From NCBI GenBank assembly GCA_963743275.1, contig CAVUPB010000009.1:156189-220188 (forward strand): DNA of 64,000 nucleotides, written 5' to 3'. The DNA comes from an uncultured Actinomycetes bacterium. GTDB taxonomy: Bacteria > Actinomycetota > Thermoleophilia > Gaiellales > JALYLC01. The notes below the pieces were generated by a model. The model searched no databases. It saw only the letters and a program-made list of their open reading frames with translations, and had not been told where the DNA came from. This document shows, piece by piece, positions 1-9,324 of this stretch; positions within the stretch are counted from its first letter, which is position 1; the number at the start of each line of letters is the position of its first letter. The translations under genes were made by a program, and so were the position numbers.

Positions 1-16
1 CCCGACGTCGAACTAC

Positions 17-1318
17 GTGAGCAACTCGCTCACCGTGTTCGAGGGCGCCCTGCACGCAGCGACGTCCGACGCCCCCGGCGAAGGTGACCGCGGCCACGTC
101 TACCGCCATCTCGGCGAGACCGAGTGGGAGGATCTCGGGCAGGTCGGGCGCGAGGGCGCGAGCGGCGTCGGGCCGCTGATCGTGCATCGCGACCGCCTCT
201 ACGCCGCGACCTGGAACTACGACTGGACGCGTGTCCACGACCAGGGCCTCGAGCCCTGCCGCGTCTACCGCTACGAGCGCCCGGGGCGCTGGGAGGACTG
301 CGGACAGCCCGGCAGCTCGAAGCGGCTGTTCAGCCTGGCCTCCTACCGGGGCGACCTTCTGGTCTTCGGCGACGACGCGACGGTGCACGCGTATCGCGGC
401 GACAGGACATGGGAGCAGGTGCAGGCGTTCGGCACGTTCGCGCACCCGGCGACCGTCCACGACGGGCGGCTCGTGATCGGCATGCTGCAGCCGGCGACCG
501 TCCGCGCGTTCGACGGCGACGGCTGGGACGACCTCGGCAATCCCATCGGCGATCCGGAGCGCTGCGACGAGATCCACTCGCTCGTCACGTTCCGCGGGAT
601 GCTGCACGCGGGCACGTGGCCGCTCGGTCGCGTCGCCCGCTTCGATCCGTCGCGCCGCCGCTGGCTGCAGACCGGACGGCTCGGCGACAGCACCGAGGTG
701 ATGGCGCTGAACGTCTACAACGGCAAGCTCTACGGAGCCTCGATCCCGCGGGCCGAAGTCTTCCGCTACGAGCGCGATCGCTCGTGGACGAGCCTCCGCC
801 GCTTCTTCGGCCCTCCGGGCTGGCGGCCGGTCCCGGTGCGCAAGATGGCGCAGCCGCCCGACGGCGATGCCCGCATGCGCGAGTGGACGCGCGTGACTAG
901 CCTGACCCAGCACGACGGCCTGCTGTTCGCCTCGATCGGCAGTTGCACGAGCGCCGCGGTCGACGCGCCGGCGGGGATCCGCGGGTCGGTGCGGGCCTTC
1001 CGCGCGGGTCTCGTCGCGACCACGCCGCGTACGCTCGCGCCCGGCTCGCACCACGTCGCGGCCGTCCGGCGCGCGGACACGCTCGCGATCTTCGTCGACG
1101 GACGCGAGGCCGCGGCCGCCCAGGGCGGGGCGATCGGCTCCGTCGCGACGACTGCGCCGCTGCGCGTCGGCGAGGACGAAGCCGGCTGCTACCGCGGTGC
1201 GATCGACGGCTTCCGCAGCTTCGACCGCGCGCTCGAGCCCCGCGAGATCAACGCGCTGGCGGCGATGGGATCGTCGCCGGCGGCAACCGCTGTGCACTGC
1301 GAGGAGGCACGGACATGA
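17..1318 (+). CDS. Beta-propeller-like repeat protein with C-terminal LamG/concanavalin-type domain (5' end may lie upstream of window)
   Basis: ORF 17..1318. The frame stays open back to nt 2. Recurrent blade-like segments (LTVFEGALHAAT, DRLYAATW, GDLLVFGDD, GMLHAGTW, GKLYGASI, GLLFASIG). C-terminal HHVAAVRRADTLAIFVDGRE...LRVGEDEAGCYRGAIDGFRSFDRAL resembles a LamG fold. Stop overlaps the next start (ATGA). Confidence 0.6.
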   Translation: MSNSLTVFEGALHAATSDAPGEGDRGHVYRHLGETEWEDLGQVGREGASGVGPLIVHRDRLYAATWNYDWTRVHDQGLEPCRVYRYERPGRWEDCGQPGSSKRLFSLASYRGDLLVFGDDATVHAYRGDRTWEQVQAFGTFAHPATVHDGRLVIGMLQPATVRAFDGDGWDDLGNPIGDPERCDEIHSLVTFRGMLHAGTWPLGRVARFDPSRRRWLQTGRLGDSTEVMALNVYNGKLYGASIPRAEVFRYERDRSWTSLRRFFGPPGWRPVPVRKMAQPPDGDARMREWTRVTSLTQHDGLLFASIGSCTSAAVDAPAGIRGSVRAFRAGLVATTPRTLAPGSHHVAAVRRADTLAIFVDGREAAAAQGGAIGSVATTAPLRVGEDEAGCYRGAIDGFRSFDRALEPREINALAAMGSSPAATAVHCEEART

Positions 1319-2352
1319 GGCCATGGAGAGTCGGGATGGTCGGCTACGGATGGGCGGCGGGGGCGCACATCGGCGCACTCGACCTCGTCGATCGTTTCGA
1401 GGTCGCGGCGGTCTGCACCTCGCGGGACGTCTCTGCGCAGGATCTCGAGCGCAGCCACGGGCGCCCGATCGAGATCGTCCGCGACGTGGCCGAGCTGATC
1501 GCCCGGCCCGACATCGACGTGATCGACATCTGCAGCCGCAGCAACCTCCACGCCCAGCAGGCGGTCGCCGCGGCGCGCGCCGGCAAGCACCTGATCATCG
1601 AGAAGCCGATCGCGCTCGACGTCGAGGGCATGCGGGCGGTCGAGGCGGCCGTCGCCGGCGCCGGCGTCCGCACCTGTGTCTGCCTGCAGGTGCGCTTCTC
1701 GCCGCAGTTCACGATGACGAGGAGCCTCGTCGACGGCAGCCTGATCGGGCCCCTGCACTACGGCGAGGCCGACTACTTCCACAACATCGGCCCCGAGGTC
1801 AGCCAGTACGAGTGGAATCTGAAGCGCGACGGGGGCGGCAGCAGCCTGCTCACCGCGGGCTGCCACGCCCTCGACGGGCTGCTCATGTTCATGGACGGCG
1901 ACGTCAGCGAGGTGACGAGCTACGCGACCTCTTCGCCGCATCCGAACTTCTCGCGCTACGAGTACCCGACGTCGTCGGTGACGATCATACGGTTCGCGAG
2001 CGGCGCCGTCGGCAAGGTCGCCTCGATCGTCGACTCCCACCAGCCCTACTACCTGCGCGTGCATCTCGTGGGCAGCGAGGGCGCGATCCTGGACGGCAAG
2101 CTCTGGTCGAAGCAGATCGCGGGCCTCGACCCGGATCGCTGGAGCGAGCTCGGCGTCCAGCTCGAGAGCCTGAACGTCGTCGACGAGCCGTACCTGCTGC
2201 AGTTCCAGGAGTTCGCGGCCGCGCTCGACGACGATCGGGAGATGGTGCTCACGAGCCTCGCCGACTCCGTGCGCACGTTCGAGGTGGTGTTCGCGGCCGA
2301 CCGCTCGGCAGCGCTCGGCCGGCCCGTCGCGATGAGCGAGATCGTGTCGTGA
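1315..2352 (+). CDS. Gfo/Idh/MocA family oxidoreductase
   Basis: ATG 1315 overlaps the upstream stop. Rossmann start RVGMVGYGWAAGAH and AGKHLIIEKP signature. The track ORF upstream of 1315 is an Arg-rich artefact. Confidence 0.85.
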   Translation: MRPWRVGMVGYGWAAGAHIGALDLVDRFEVAAVCTSRDVSAQDLERSHGRPIEIVRDVAELIARPDIDVIDICSRSNLHAQQAVAAARAGKHLIIEKPIALDVEGMRAVEAAVAGAGVRTCVCLQVRFSPQFTMTRSLVDGSLIGPLHYGEADYFHNIGPEVSQYEWNLKRDGGGSSLLTAGCHALDGLLMFMDGDVSEVTSYATSSPHPNFSRYEYPTSSVTIIRFASGAVGKVASIVDSHQPYYLRVHLVGSEGAILDGKLWSKQIAGLDPDRWSELGVQLESLNVVDEPYLLQFQEFAAALDDDREMVLTSLADSVRTFEVVFAADRSAALGRPVAMSEIVS

Positions 2353-2508
2353 CGGAGGCGTTTGCGGTCGGTCGTCGTTGCGGCCATACTCGCGTTCCCA
2401 CCGTGACCGGCCGGCGTACGCCTGCCCGGCGGTCGACGCACGCGATCGCTAACCCGTCCCGGCCGACGCTCGTCCGAGGACGATGACGACCAGACCAGAG
2501 GAGGCACC

Positions 2509-3885
2509 ATGAGGAAACTCGCGCTCGGGGCGATGGCGCTCAGCGTCGCGCTGACGGCCGCGTTGTTCGCAGGTCCCGCGTTCGGCGACACGGCCGGGCA
2601 CAGCTCGAAGGCGGCCGCGCCGCCGAAGACCAGCGGCTTCGGCTCGCTGGGCCCGGTCACGCTCAACGTCTGGTCGTACGACAACCAGAAGCCGGGCCTC
2701 CAGGACGTGATCGAGCAGCTGACGAAGAACTTCGAGAAGAAGTACCCGAACGTCACGATCAAGCTGAAGTTCCTCGACTTCAACTCGCTCGTCAACACGG
2801 TCAACCGGGCGCTCGCGTCGGACAGCGGCCCCGACATCACCGAGGGCAACCAGGGCTACCAGACAGATGCGCTCGAGGTCAAGGCGAAGCTGATCATCCC
2901 GCTCGACCCCTACATCAAGGCGTACGGCTGGAACAAGTGGTGGGGCCCCTCGGTGTGGCAGATCTTCCAGTGGACGCCCGACGGCAAGACGTTCGGCAAG
3001 GGCCCGAAGTGGGGCGTCGCCCAGACCGGGCAGAACGTCGTCCTCTACGTCAACACGAAGAAGCTGGCCGCGGCGGGCATCAAGCTCTCCTCGCTCACGA
3101 CCTTCGCCGCCTTCGACAAGGCCGTGACGACGCTGCGCAGCAAGCTGCCGAAGAGCGATCCCATCATCGAGCTCGGCACGCAGGATTACGGCGCCATCCA
3201 CTTCCTCGGCGGGATCCAGGGCGCCTACGGCACCGCGAAGCCCGTCCGTGACTGGATCTACCACACCCCGGGCGCGACCTGGGTGACTCCCCAGAACACC
3301 AAGGCGCTCCAGAAGATGGCGGACTGGTCGAAGGCCGGCATCTTCAACACCGACCACGACGCGGTCACCTACGACAACGCCGCCAAGCTCTTCGCCAAGG
3401 GCACGGGCGTCTTCCTCTACGAGGGTGACTGGCAGACCGCGGTCGTCAGCGCCGGTCTCGGCAACGACGTCTCGATCATCAACATGCCGCCCGGCCCGAG
3501 CGGCAAGCACGTCGGCATCGGCGCGACCTCCGGCCCGTGGCACATCTCGGCCAAGACGAAGTACCCCGATCTCGCGGCGGCGTGGCTGAACTACATCATC
3601 GGCTCGCCGGATGCGAAGGCCCTGATGTTCAAGTACGCGCAGATCCCGTCCGTCGCGGGGGCCGTGGCGCCTGCGAACAACCGGCTCCTCGGCCAGGCCA
3701 CAAAGGCCTACCAGCAGGTCGTCAAGGACGGCGGGCTGATGCTCTACACCGACTGGGCCTCGACGAGCATGTACGACACGCTCGTGAAGAATTTCGGGCT
3801 CGTGCTCGGCGGCAAGAAGTCGCCTGCGGACGCCGCCAAGGCGATCCAGGCCGACTGGACCAAGTTCGACGCCACGCTCAAGTAG
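2509..3885 (+). CDS. ABC transporter substrate-binding protein (carbohydrate type)
   Basis: 458 aa with an N-terminal signal peptide (MRKLALGAMALSVALTAALFAG). GAGGAGG lies just upstream of the ATG. Followed by two MalF/MalG-type permeases. Confidence 0.85.
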   Translation: MRKLALGAMALSVALTAALFAGPAFGDTAGHSSKAAAPPKTSGFGSLGPVTLNVWSYDNQKPGLQDVIEQLTKNFEKKYPNVTIKLKFLDFNSLVNTVNRALASDSGPDITEGNQGYQTDALEVKAKLIIPLDPYIKAYGWNKWWGPSVWQIFQWTPDGKTFGKGPKWGVAQTGQNVVLYVNTKKLAAAGIKLSSLTTFAAFDKAVTTLRSKLPKSDPIIELGTQDYGAIHFLGGIQGAYGTAKPVRDWIYHTPGATWVTPQNTKALQKMADWSKAGIFNTDHDAVTYDNAAKLFAKGTGVFLYEGDWQTAVVSAGLGNDVSIINMPPGPSGKHVGIGATSGPWHISAKTKYPDLAAAWLNYIIGSPDAKALMFKYAQIPSVAGAVAPANNRLLGQATKAYQQVVKDGGLMLYTDWASTSMYDTLVKNFGLVLGGKKSPADAAKAIQADWTKFDATLK

Positions 3886-3889
3886 CTCG

Positions 3890-4858
3890 GTGTCGGCAAG
3901 CGACAGCGGGCTCGACGAGGCGCGCCGCCCCGGGGCACCCCGGGGCGGCGCTGGCGTTCCCCGGCGCCGGCTCACGGGCCGGGCGCCCGGGGAGCCGCGC
4001 AACGTCGCCTGGCTGTACCTGCTCCCGGGCGTCGCGTTCTTCGGGCTCTTCACGCTCGCGCCGCTCCTGCACGCGGGCTGGCTCTCCTTCTTCGACTGGG
4101 ACGGCCTGACGGGCAAGCGCTACATCGGCTTCGGGAACTACCGTGCCGCGCTCTCCGACCCGGACGTGCGCGCGGCCTTCGAGCACTCGGGCAAGCTCGT
4201 GATCTTCTACGCGGTCATCCCGGTCATGCTCGGCCTGATCCTGACCGGCGTCCTGACCCGCCACCCGGTGCGCGGCATGACGTTCTTCCGCACGGCGCTC
4301 TTCCTGCCGCAGACGATCGCGGGCGTCGTCGTCGCCCAGGCGTTCGTCTGGTTCTACCAGCTCACCGGCCCGTTCAACCGCTTTCTCGAGCTGATCGGGC
4401 TCGGCTCGATCCGCCGCGGCTGGCTCGGCGACTTCGACTGGGCGCTGACGTTCGTCGGCACGATCGGCACGTGGGTCACGTTCGGCCTCTGCATGGTGCT
4501 GTTCCTGGCGGGCGCCCAGAAGATCTCGACCTCGCTCTACGACGCGGCCCGCGTCGACGGCGCGGGCGCGATCCGCGAGTTCTTCACCGTCACGCTCCCG
4601 GGGCTGCGCAACGAGCTCGTGGTCGCGTTCGTGCTGACGACGATCAACGCGCTGCGCAGCTTCGACCTGATCTACAACTCGACGGGCGGCGGCCCGGGCA
4701 ACGAGACCTACGTGCCGTCGCTGCTGATCTTCCAGAACGCGTTCCGGTACAACAAGGTCGGCTATTCGTGCGCCATCGCGGTGATGCTCGCGCTCGTGAT
4801 CTTCGCCGTCGCGATCGTCATCAACCTGCTCGCCGAGCGCGGGAGCGAGGCGGCGTGA
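3890..4858 (+). CDS. Carbohydrate ABC transporter permease (MalF/UgpA-like)
   Basis: WLYLLPGVAFFGLFTLAPLL N-terminal TM and an EAA-type loop LYDAARVDGAGAIREFFTVTLPGL. Starts 5 nt after the SBP stop. Confidence 0.85.
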   Translation: MSASDSGLDEARRPGAPRGGAGVPRRRLTGRAPGEPRNVAWLYLLPGVAFFGLFTLAPLLHAGWLSFFDWDGLTGKRYIGFGNYRAALSDPDVRAAFEHSGKLVIFYAVIPVMLGLILTGVLTRHPVRGMTFFRTALFLPQTIAGVVVAQAFVWFYQLTGPFNRFLELIGLGSIRRGWLGDFDWALTFVGTIGTWVTFGLCMVLFLAGAQKISTSLYDAARVDGAGAIREFFTVTLPGLRNELVVAFVLTTINALRSFDLIYNSTGGGPGNETYVPSLLIFQNAFRYNKVGYSCAIAVMLALVIFAVAIVINLLAERGSEAA

Positions 4859-5700
4859 AGTCCTCGCCGTACGAGCGCGTCGTCACCTACTCCGTGCTGA
4901 TCGCGTTCACCGTGATGGTGCTCTATCCGATCCTCTCGATCCTCTTCCTGGCGCTGCACAAGAAGACCGATCTCGTGACCGGCTTCGCGTTTCCGACGCA
5001 CCCGAACCTGAGCTCGTTCAAGGCGGCGTGGAGCGAGGACGACGGTGCCGGCGGACCTGGCTTCGCGCGGCTCTTCACGAACAGCTTCATCGTCGCCGGC
5101 GTCGTCACGGTCGTCTCCGCGGTGCTCTCGATCGGCACCGGCTACGCCTTCGGCACGATGCGCTTCCGCGGCGACCGCGTGGTCTTCTCGGTCGTTCTGC
5201 TCGGGATTATCTTCCCCTACGAGGCGACGGTGATCCCGCTCTACTACGACTTCCAGCGCTTTCATCTCCTGAACACGTACTGGGCGCTGATCCTGCCGCA
5301 GATCGGCCAGTCGGTCTCGTTCGGGACGTTCTGGATGCGGGCGTTCTTCCGCAGCTCGCCGCAATCGCTGATCGAGGCCGCGCGGATAGACGGCGCGACG
5401 AGCTTCGGCGTCCTCCGACGGGTCCTGCTCCCGCAGGCGCGACCAGCGCTGATGACGCTCTGCACGCTCGTGTTCGTCTACACCTGGAACGAGTTCCTGC
5501 TCGCCCTCGTCCTGATCCAGGACAGCGACAAGCAGACGGCGCCGCTCGGCCTGTCCTACTTCGCCGGCGCCGTCCGCGCCGGCGACCCGACCAAGGTCGC
5601 GGCCGCCGCGGTGCTCGTGGCGGCCCCGGTGCTGGTCGTCTACGTCTTCCTCCAGCGCCACTTCATCCGCGGCATGCTGGCCGGAGCCGTCAAGGAGTGA
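4855..5700 (+). CDS. Carbohydrate ABC transporter permease (MalG-like)
   Basis: GTG 4855 overlaps the upstream stop (GTGA). EAA loop LIEAARIDGATSFGVLRRVLLPQARPAL. The upstream part of track ORF 4471.. is artefact. Confidence 0.85.
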   Translation: MKSSPYERVVTYSVLIAFTVMVLYPILSILFLALHKKTDLVTGFAFPTHPNLSSFKAAWSEDDGAGGPGFARLFTNSFIVAGVVTVVSAVLSIGTGYAFGTMRFRGDRVVFSVVLLGIIFPYEATVIPLYYDFQRFHLLNTYWALILPQIGQSVSFGTFWMRAFFRSSPQSLIEAARIDGATSFGVLRRVLLPQARPALMTLCTLVFVYTWNEFLLALVLIQDSDKQTAPLGLSYFAGAVRAGDPTKVAAAAVLVAAPVLVVYVFLQRHFIRGMLAGAVKE

Positions 5701-6685
5701 GCGGCGGGCTGGGCGGGTCGGAGAGCCACGCCACGTCCGCGCTCGGCTCGCGCCAGATGCAGCTCTTGAGGATTGACGCCGACCGCTCGAGCGCCTCCTC
5801 GACCGGGGCGAGCGCGTCTTCGTGCTCGACGCTCAGCACCCCGTCGTAGCCCACCGCCCGCAGCTGGCTCACGAGCCCGCGCCAGAACGCGAGGTCATGG
5901 CCATGGCCGATCGTGGCGAAGCGCCACGCGCGCTCGTACATGCGGTTCGACGTGGTCTCGAGCACGCCGCTGCGGGCGATCGCGATGTGGTCGAGCGCCG
6001 TGTCCTTGGCGTGCACGTGGAACATCGCGCCCGCGTGAGCGAGCTCGCGCACGACGAGCAGGGGATCCATGCCCTGCCACCAGAGGTGGCTCGGGTCGAA
6101 GTTCGCGCCGATCTCGGGCCCGCACGCCTCGCGCAACTGCAGGAGCGTCGGCAGGTTGTAGACCGACATGCCCGGGTGCATCTCGACCGCGATGCGGCAG
6201 CCGTGCTCCCGCGCGAAGCGGGCTGCCTCGCTCCAGTAGGGGATGACCCGCTCCGACCACTGCCAGTCGAGCAGTTCGGCGAAGTAGGTGGGCCACGGCG
6301 TGCAGACCCAGTTGGGAACGTCGCCGCCGCCCGGCTCTCCCGGGCAGCCCGAGAAGACGATCACGTTCTCGACGCCGAGCGCGGAGGCCGCGGCGACGGT
6401 CTTGCGATAGACGTCGTCGGCGCGCGCCGCGTAGGCGGCATTCGGATGCACCGGGTTGCCGTGGCAGCTCAGGGCCGAGATCTCGAGGCCGGCGGTCGCG
6501 AGGTCGTCGCGCAGCTCGGCGATCCCGGGCCCGCCGTCGACCAGCCGCTCGAGTCCCGCGTGGACGTCGGTCGTGAACTCGCCCGTGCCGAGCTCGACCG
6601 CGTCGAAGCCGAGCTGCTTGATGTACGCGAACGCGGACTTCCGGTCCCGGTCACCGAGAACGCCTGTCAGCAAGCCCAACTTCAC
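5690..6685 (-). CDS. Sugar phosphate isomerase/epimerase (xylose-isomerase-like TIM barrel; IolE/LgdB-like family)
   Basis: 331 aa with LGFDAVELG, ISALSCHGNPVHP, IAVEMHPG and ANFDPSHLWWQG motifs of the AP-endonuclease-2 TIM barrel family. Confidence 0.8.
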   Translation of the reverse strand: MKLGLLTGVLGDRDRKSAFAYIKQLGFDAVELGTGEFTTDVHAGLERLVDGGPGIAELRDDLATAGLEISALSCHGNPVHPNAAYAARADDVYRKTVAAASALGVENVIVFSGCPGEPGGGDVPNWVCTPWPTYFAELLDWQWSERVIPYWSEAARFAREHGCRIAVEMHPGMSVYNLPTLLQLREACGPEIGANFDPSHLWWQGMDPLLVVRELAHAGAMFHVHAKDTALDHIAIARSGVLETTSNRMYERAWRFATIGHGHDLAFWRGLVSQLRAVGYDGVLSVEHEDALAPVEEALERSASILKSCIWREPSADVAWLSDPPSPPLTP

Positions 6686-6777
6686 GGTGCCTCCCTCGTC
6701 GCGGATCGCCGCCCGATCCTACTGAGAAGTCGTTTCAAGAGTCGCGGGGCTCTCCGCGCCGCTGCGAGCTCGTGCGC

Positions 6778-6810
6778 GTGCAAGATTGGGGTCTGACCCC
6801 AATCTTGCAC
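6778..6810. repeat. Perfect 33-bp palindrome GTGCAAGATTGGGGTC-T-GACCCCAATCTTGCAC (REP-like, copy 1)
   Basis: 16-bp arms are exact reverse complements around a single central T. Lies in the divergent intergenic region 6686-6869. The core TTGGGGTCTGACCCCAA recurs at 59594-59622. Confidence 0.9.
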
Positions 6811-6855
6811 CGCTCGACCTGCCGCTCGCGCGGGTAGCCGGATTCGAGTGCTGTG

Positions 6856-6861
6856 CTAGCG
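6856..6861 (+). promoter_or_regulatory. Candidate -10 hexamer TAGCGT, 8 nt before GTG 6870 (leaderless geometry)
   Basis: Fits the TAnnnT pattern. No Shine-Dalgarno sequence between it and the start codon. Confidence 0.35.
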
Positions 6862-6869
6862 TCGCAGCC

Positions 6870-7985
6870 GTGAGCGACGGGGCGATCCGCATCGGCGTGC
6901 TGGGGCTTGGAAGCGTCTTCTACGGCCCGTACATGGCCATGATCGAGCGCCTCGCGAGCGCGGGGCGCGCGCGCGTGACGGCCGTCTACGACGTCGACGA
7001 GGGCAAGCGCCGCGCAGCCGGCCTGCGGCTCGGCCTCGACCCCGGGCTCGCGAGCCCGGAGGCCGTGATCGAGAGCGACGACGTGGACGTCGTGCTCGTG
7101 CTCACGAGCATGAACGCGCACGGCCCGCTCGCGAGCGCGGCGCTCGCGGCCGGCAAGCACGTGCTCGTCGAGAAGCCGATGGCGACGTCGCTCGAGGAGG
7201 CGGCCGCGCTCATGCAGCTGGCGGCCGAGTCGCCGGGGCGCCTGATCTGCGCGCCGCACATCCTGCTCTCGCCGACCTTCCGCGCCGTGCACGCGCACGT
7301 CGCGGCGGGCGACATCGGGCGGCCGCTGCTGGCGCGGGCGCGCTACGGCTGGTCGGGTCCCGATTGGGGGCGCTGGTTCTACGAGCGCGGCGGCGGCGCG
7401 CTCTTCGACCTCGGCGTCTACAACGTGACGGCGCTGTGCGGCCTCTTCGGCCCGGCGCGGCGCGTCACGGCGATGGCCGGCGTCGCGATCCCCGACCGCG
7501 TCGTCGAGGGCGAGACGATGCGCGTGCAGGCCGAGGACAACGCCCACGTCCTGATCGATTTCGGCGAGGCCCGCTTCGCGTCCGTCACGACCGGCTTCAC
7601 GATGCAGAAGTACCGCTCGCCCGCGATCGAGCTGTACGGCTCCGACGGCGTGCTGCAGCTGCTCGGCGACGACTGGGCGCCCGAGGGCTACGAGCTCTGG
7701 CGCAACGCGCGCGGCACCTGGGAGCTGTTCCCCGAGAGCGAGCCCGGCTGGCAGTGGACCGAGGGCCTGCGCCATCTCGTCGACTGCATCGAGCACGGGC
7801 GCGAGCCGGTGACCCGCCCCGAGCACGCTTACCACGCGCTCGAGATCATGCTCGCCGCCAAGGACGCGGCCGCCGACGGCCGCGCGCGCGAGATCGCGAG
7901 CGACTTCCCGCCGCCCGATCTCGCGGCGCTCGAGACGCATTCCGACCGGCGCCGGGTCCACGACCCGCGCTCGGCGCTGATCTAG
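6870..7985 (+). CDS. Gfo/Idh/MocA family oxidoreductase
   Basis: GTG 6870 gives VSDGAIRIGVLGLGSVF (Rossmann) and AGKHVLVEKP. The longer track start 6786 lies inside the palindrome. Confidence 0.8.
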   Translation: MSDGAIRIGVLGLGSVFYGPYMAMIERLASAGRARVTAVYDVDEGKRRAAGLRLGLDPGLASPEAVIESDDVDVVLVLTSMNAHGPLASAALAAGKHVLVEKPMATSLEEAAALMQLAAESPGRLICAPHILLSPTFRAVHAHVAAGDIGRPLLARARYGWSGPDWGRWFYERGGGALFDLGVYNVTALCGLFGPARRVTAMAGVAIPDRVVEGETMRVQAEDNAHVLIDFGEARFASVTTGFTMQKYRSPAIELYGSDGVLQLLGDDWAPEGYELWRNARGTWELFPESEPGWQWTEGLRHLVDCIEHGREPVTRPEHAYHALEIMLAAKDAAADGRAREIASDFPPPDLAALETHSDRRRVHDPRSALI

Positions 7986-8002
7986 CACCAGGAGGTATTG
8001 GC

Positions 8003-9316
8003 ATGGCACGCATCAAGATGGCCTACATCGGCGGCGGCTCCACGCGGGGCGCCGGCACGATGGCGAGCTTCATCCACCAGGGCGAGAACTTCGACGGCTC
8101 CGAGGTCGTGCTGATCGACCTCGATCCCGACCGGCTCGATCTCATCAAGCGGCTGGCCGAGCGCATGGTCAAGGCGCGGGGCATCGATCTCGAGATCACG
8201 GCCACGACCGATCGCCGCGCGGGCCTCGCCGACTGCGACGCGATCCTCTCGAGCTACCGCCCCGGCGGCTTCGCGGCGCGCGTGCTCGACGAGAGGATCC
8301 CGCTCAAGCACGGCATCATCGGCCAGGAGACGCAGGGCCCGGGCGGCTTCTTCATGGCGCTGCGCGCAATCCATGCGATGCAGAGCATCCTCGCCGACGT
8401 CGAGGACGTCTGCCCGGGCGCCAAGATCTTCAACTACACGAACCCGGTCAACGTGCTGGCGCAGGCCGTGACGTCGCACTCGGACGTGCCGTTCGTCTCG
8501 CTCTGCGAGGGCCCGATCTACTTCGCCGACCAGATCGCGCGCGCGGCCGACCTCGATCGCGACGAGCTCGACACCGTGATGGTGGGGCTCAACCACGCGT
8601 GCTGGAGCGTCAAGCACGAGTACAAGGGCGCGGATGCGATGCCGCTCGTGGCGGAGGCCTGGGAGCGGCGCAAGGGCGATCCCGAGCTCACCGGGGCGCT
8701 ACGGCGCCAGCTCCGCATCGCCGCGGAGATGGACGCGATCCCGGCCGACTACTTCCAGTACTACTACTGCCAGGACGAGGTGCTCGCCGAGCTGCAGGCC
8801 AAGCCGACGACGCGCGCCGAGGACATCCTCGGCTGGTCGGCCGGCTACTGGGAGCACTACGCCGAGCAGGCCGAGAGCGACGACCCGAAGCTCGACCCGA
8901 AGTTCTCGCGCGGCGGCATCCACGAGCTCGAGCTCGCGATCGACGCGATGGACGCGGTCTTCAACGCCAAGGACGAGGTGCTGACCGTCAACGTCCCGAA
9001 CACCGGCGGGATGCTGCCCGGCTTCGACGAGACGCTCGTCGTCGAGCTGCTCGGCCGCTGTGGCGGGCCGGGCGGCTGGATCGAGCCGCTGCCCGTGCCG
9101 GCGCCGCTGCCCGTGCACGTGCGCGGGCTCGTGCACGAGCTCGGCGAGTACCAGGCGCTGGCGGCCGACGCGGCCTGGTCGGGCACGCGGCGCGACGCGA
9201 TCCACGCGCTCGCCGCACACCCGCTGATGATCGATCTCGACCGCACCGAGAGCGTCTACGACGAGCTCGCGGCCGCGCACCGCGAGCACCTCCCGGCACG
9301 GCTCCTGCGCGCGTAG
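8003..9316 (+). CDS. Glycoside hydrolase family 4 (NAD/Mn-dependent glycosidase)
   Basis: AGGAGG then ATG 8003. IKMAYIGGGSTRG NAD-binding start plus IFNYTNPVN, SLCEGP and VGLNHACW motifs typical of GH4. Confidence 0.85.
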   Translation: MARIKMAYIGGGSTRGAGTMASFIHQGENFDGSEVVLIDLDPDRLDLIKRLAERMVKARGIDLEITATTDRRAGLADCDAILSSYRPGGFAARVLDERIPLKHGIIGQETQGPGGFFMALRAIHAMQSILADVEDVCPGAKIFNYTNPVNVLAQAVTSHSDVPFVSLCEGPIYFADQIARAADLDRDELDTVMVGLNHACWSVKHEYKGADAMPLVAEAWERRKGDPELTGALRRQLRIAAEMDAIPADYFQYYYCQDEVLAELQAKPTTRAEDILGWSAGYWEHYAEQAESDDPKLDPKFSRGGIHELELAIDAMDAVFNAKDEVLTVNVPNTGGMLPGFDETLVVELLGRCGGPGGWIEPLPVPAPLPVHVRGLVHELGEYQALAADAAWSGTRRDAIHALAAHPLMIDLDRTESVYDELAAAHREHLPARLLRA

Positions 9317-9324
9317 CGGCCCGC

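Noticed and set aside
6786-6869. Longer N-terminus (start 6786) for the oxidoreductase
   Set aside because: This start codon lies inside the 33-bp palindrome. The extra 28 aa precede the Rossmann start that normally opens Gfo/Idh/MocA proteins. GTG 6870 has a -10-like hexamer at leaderless spacing.
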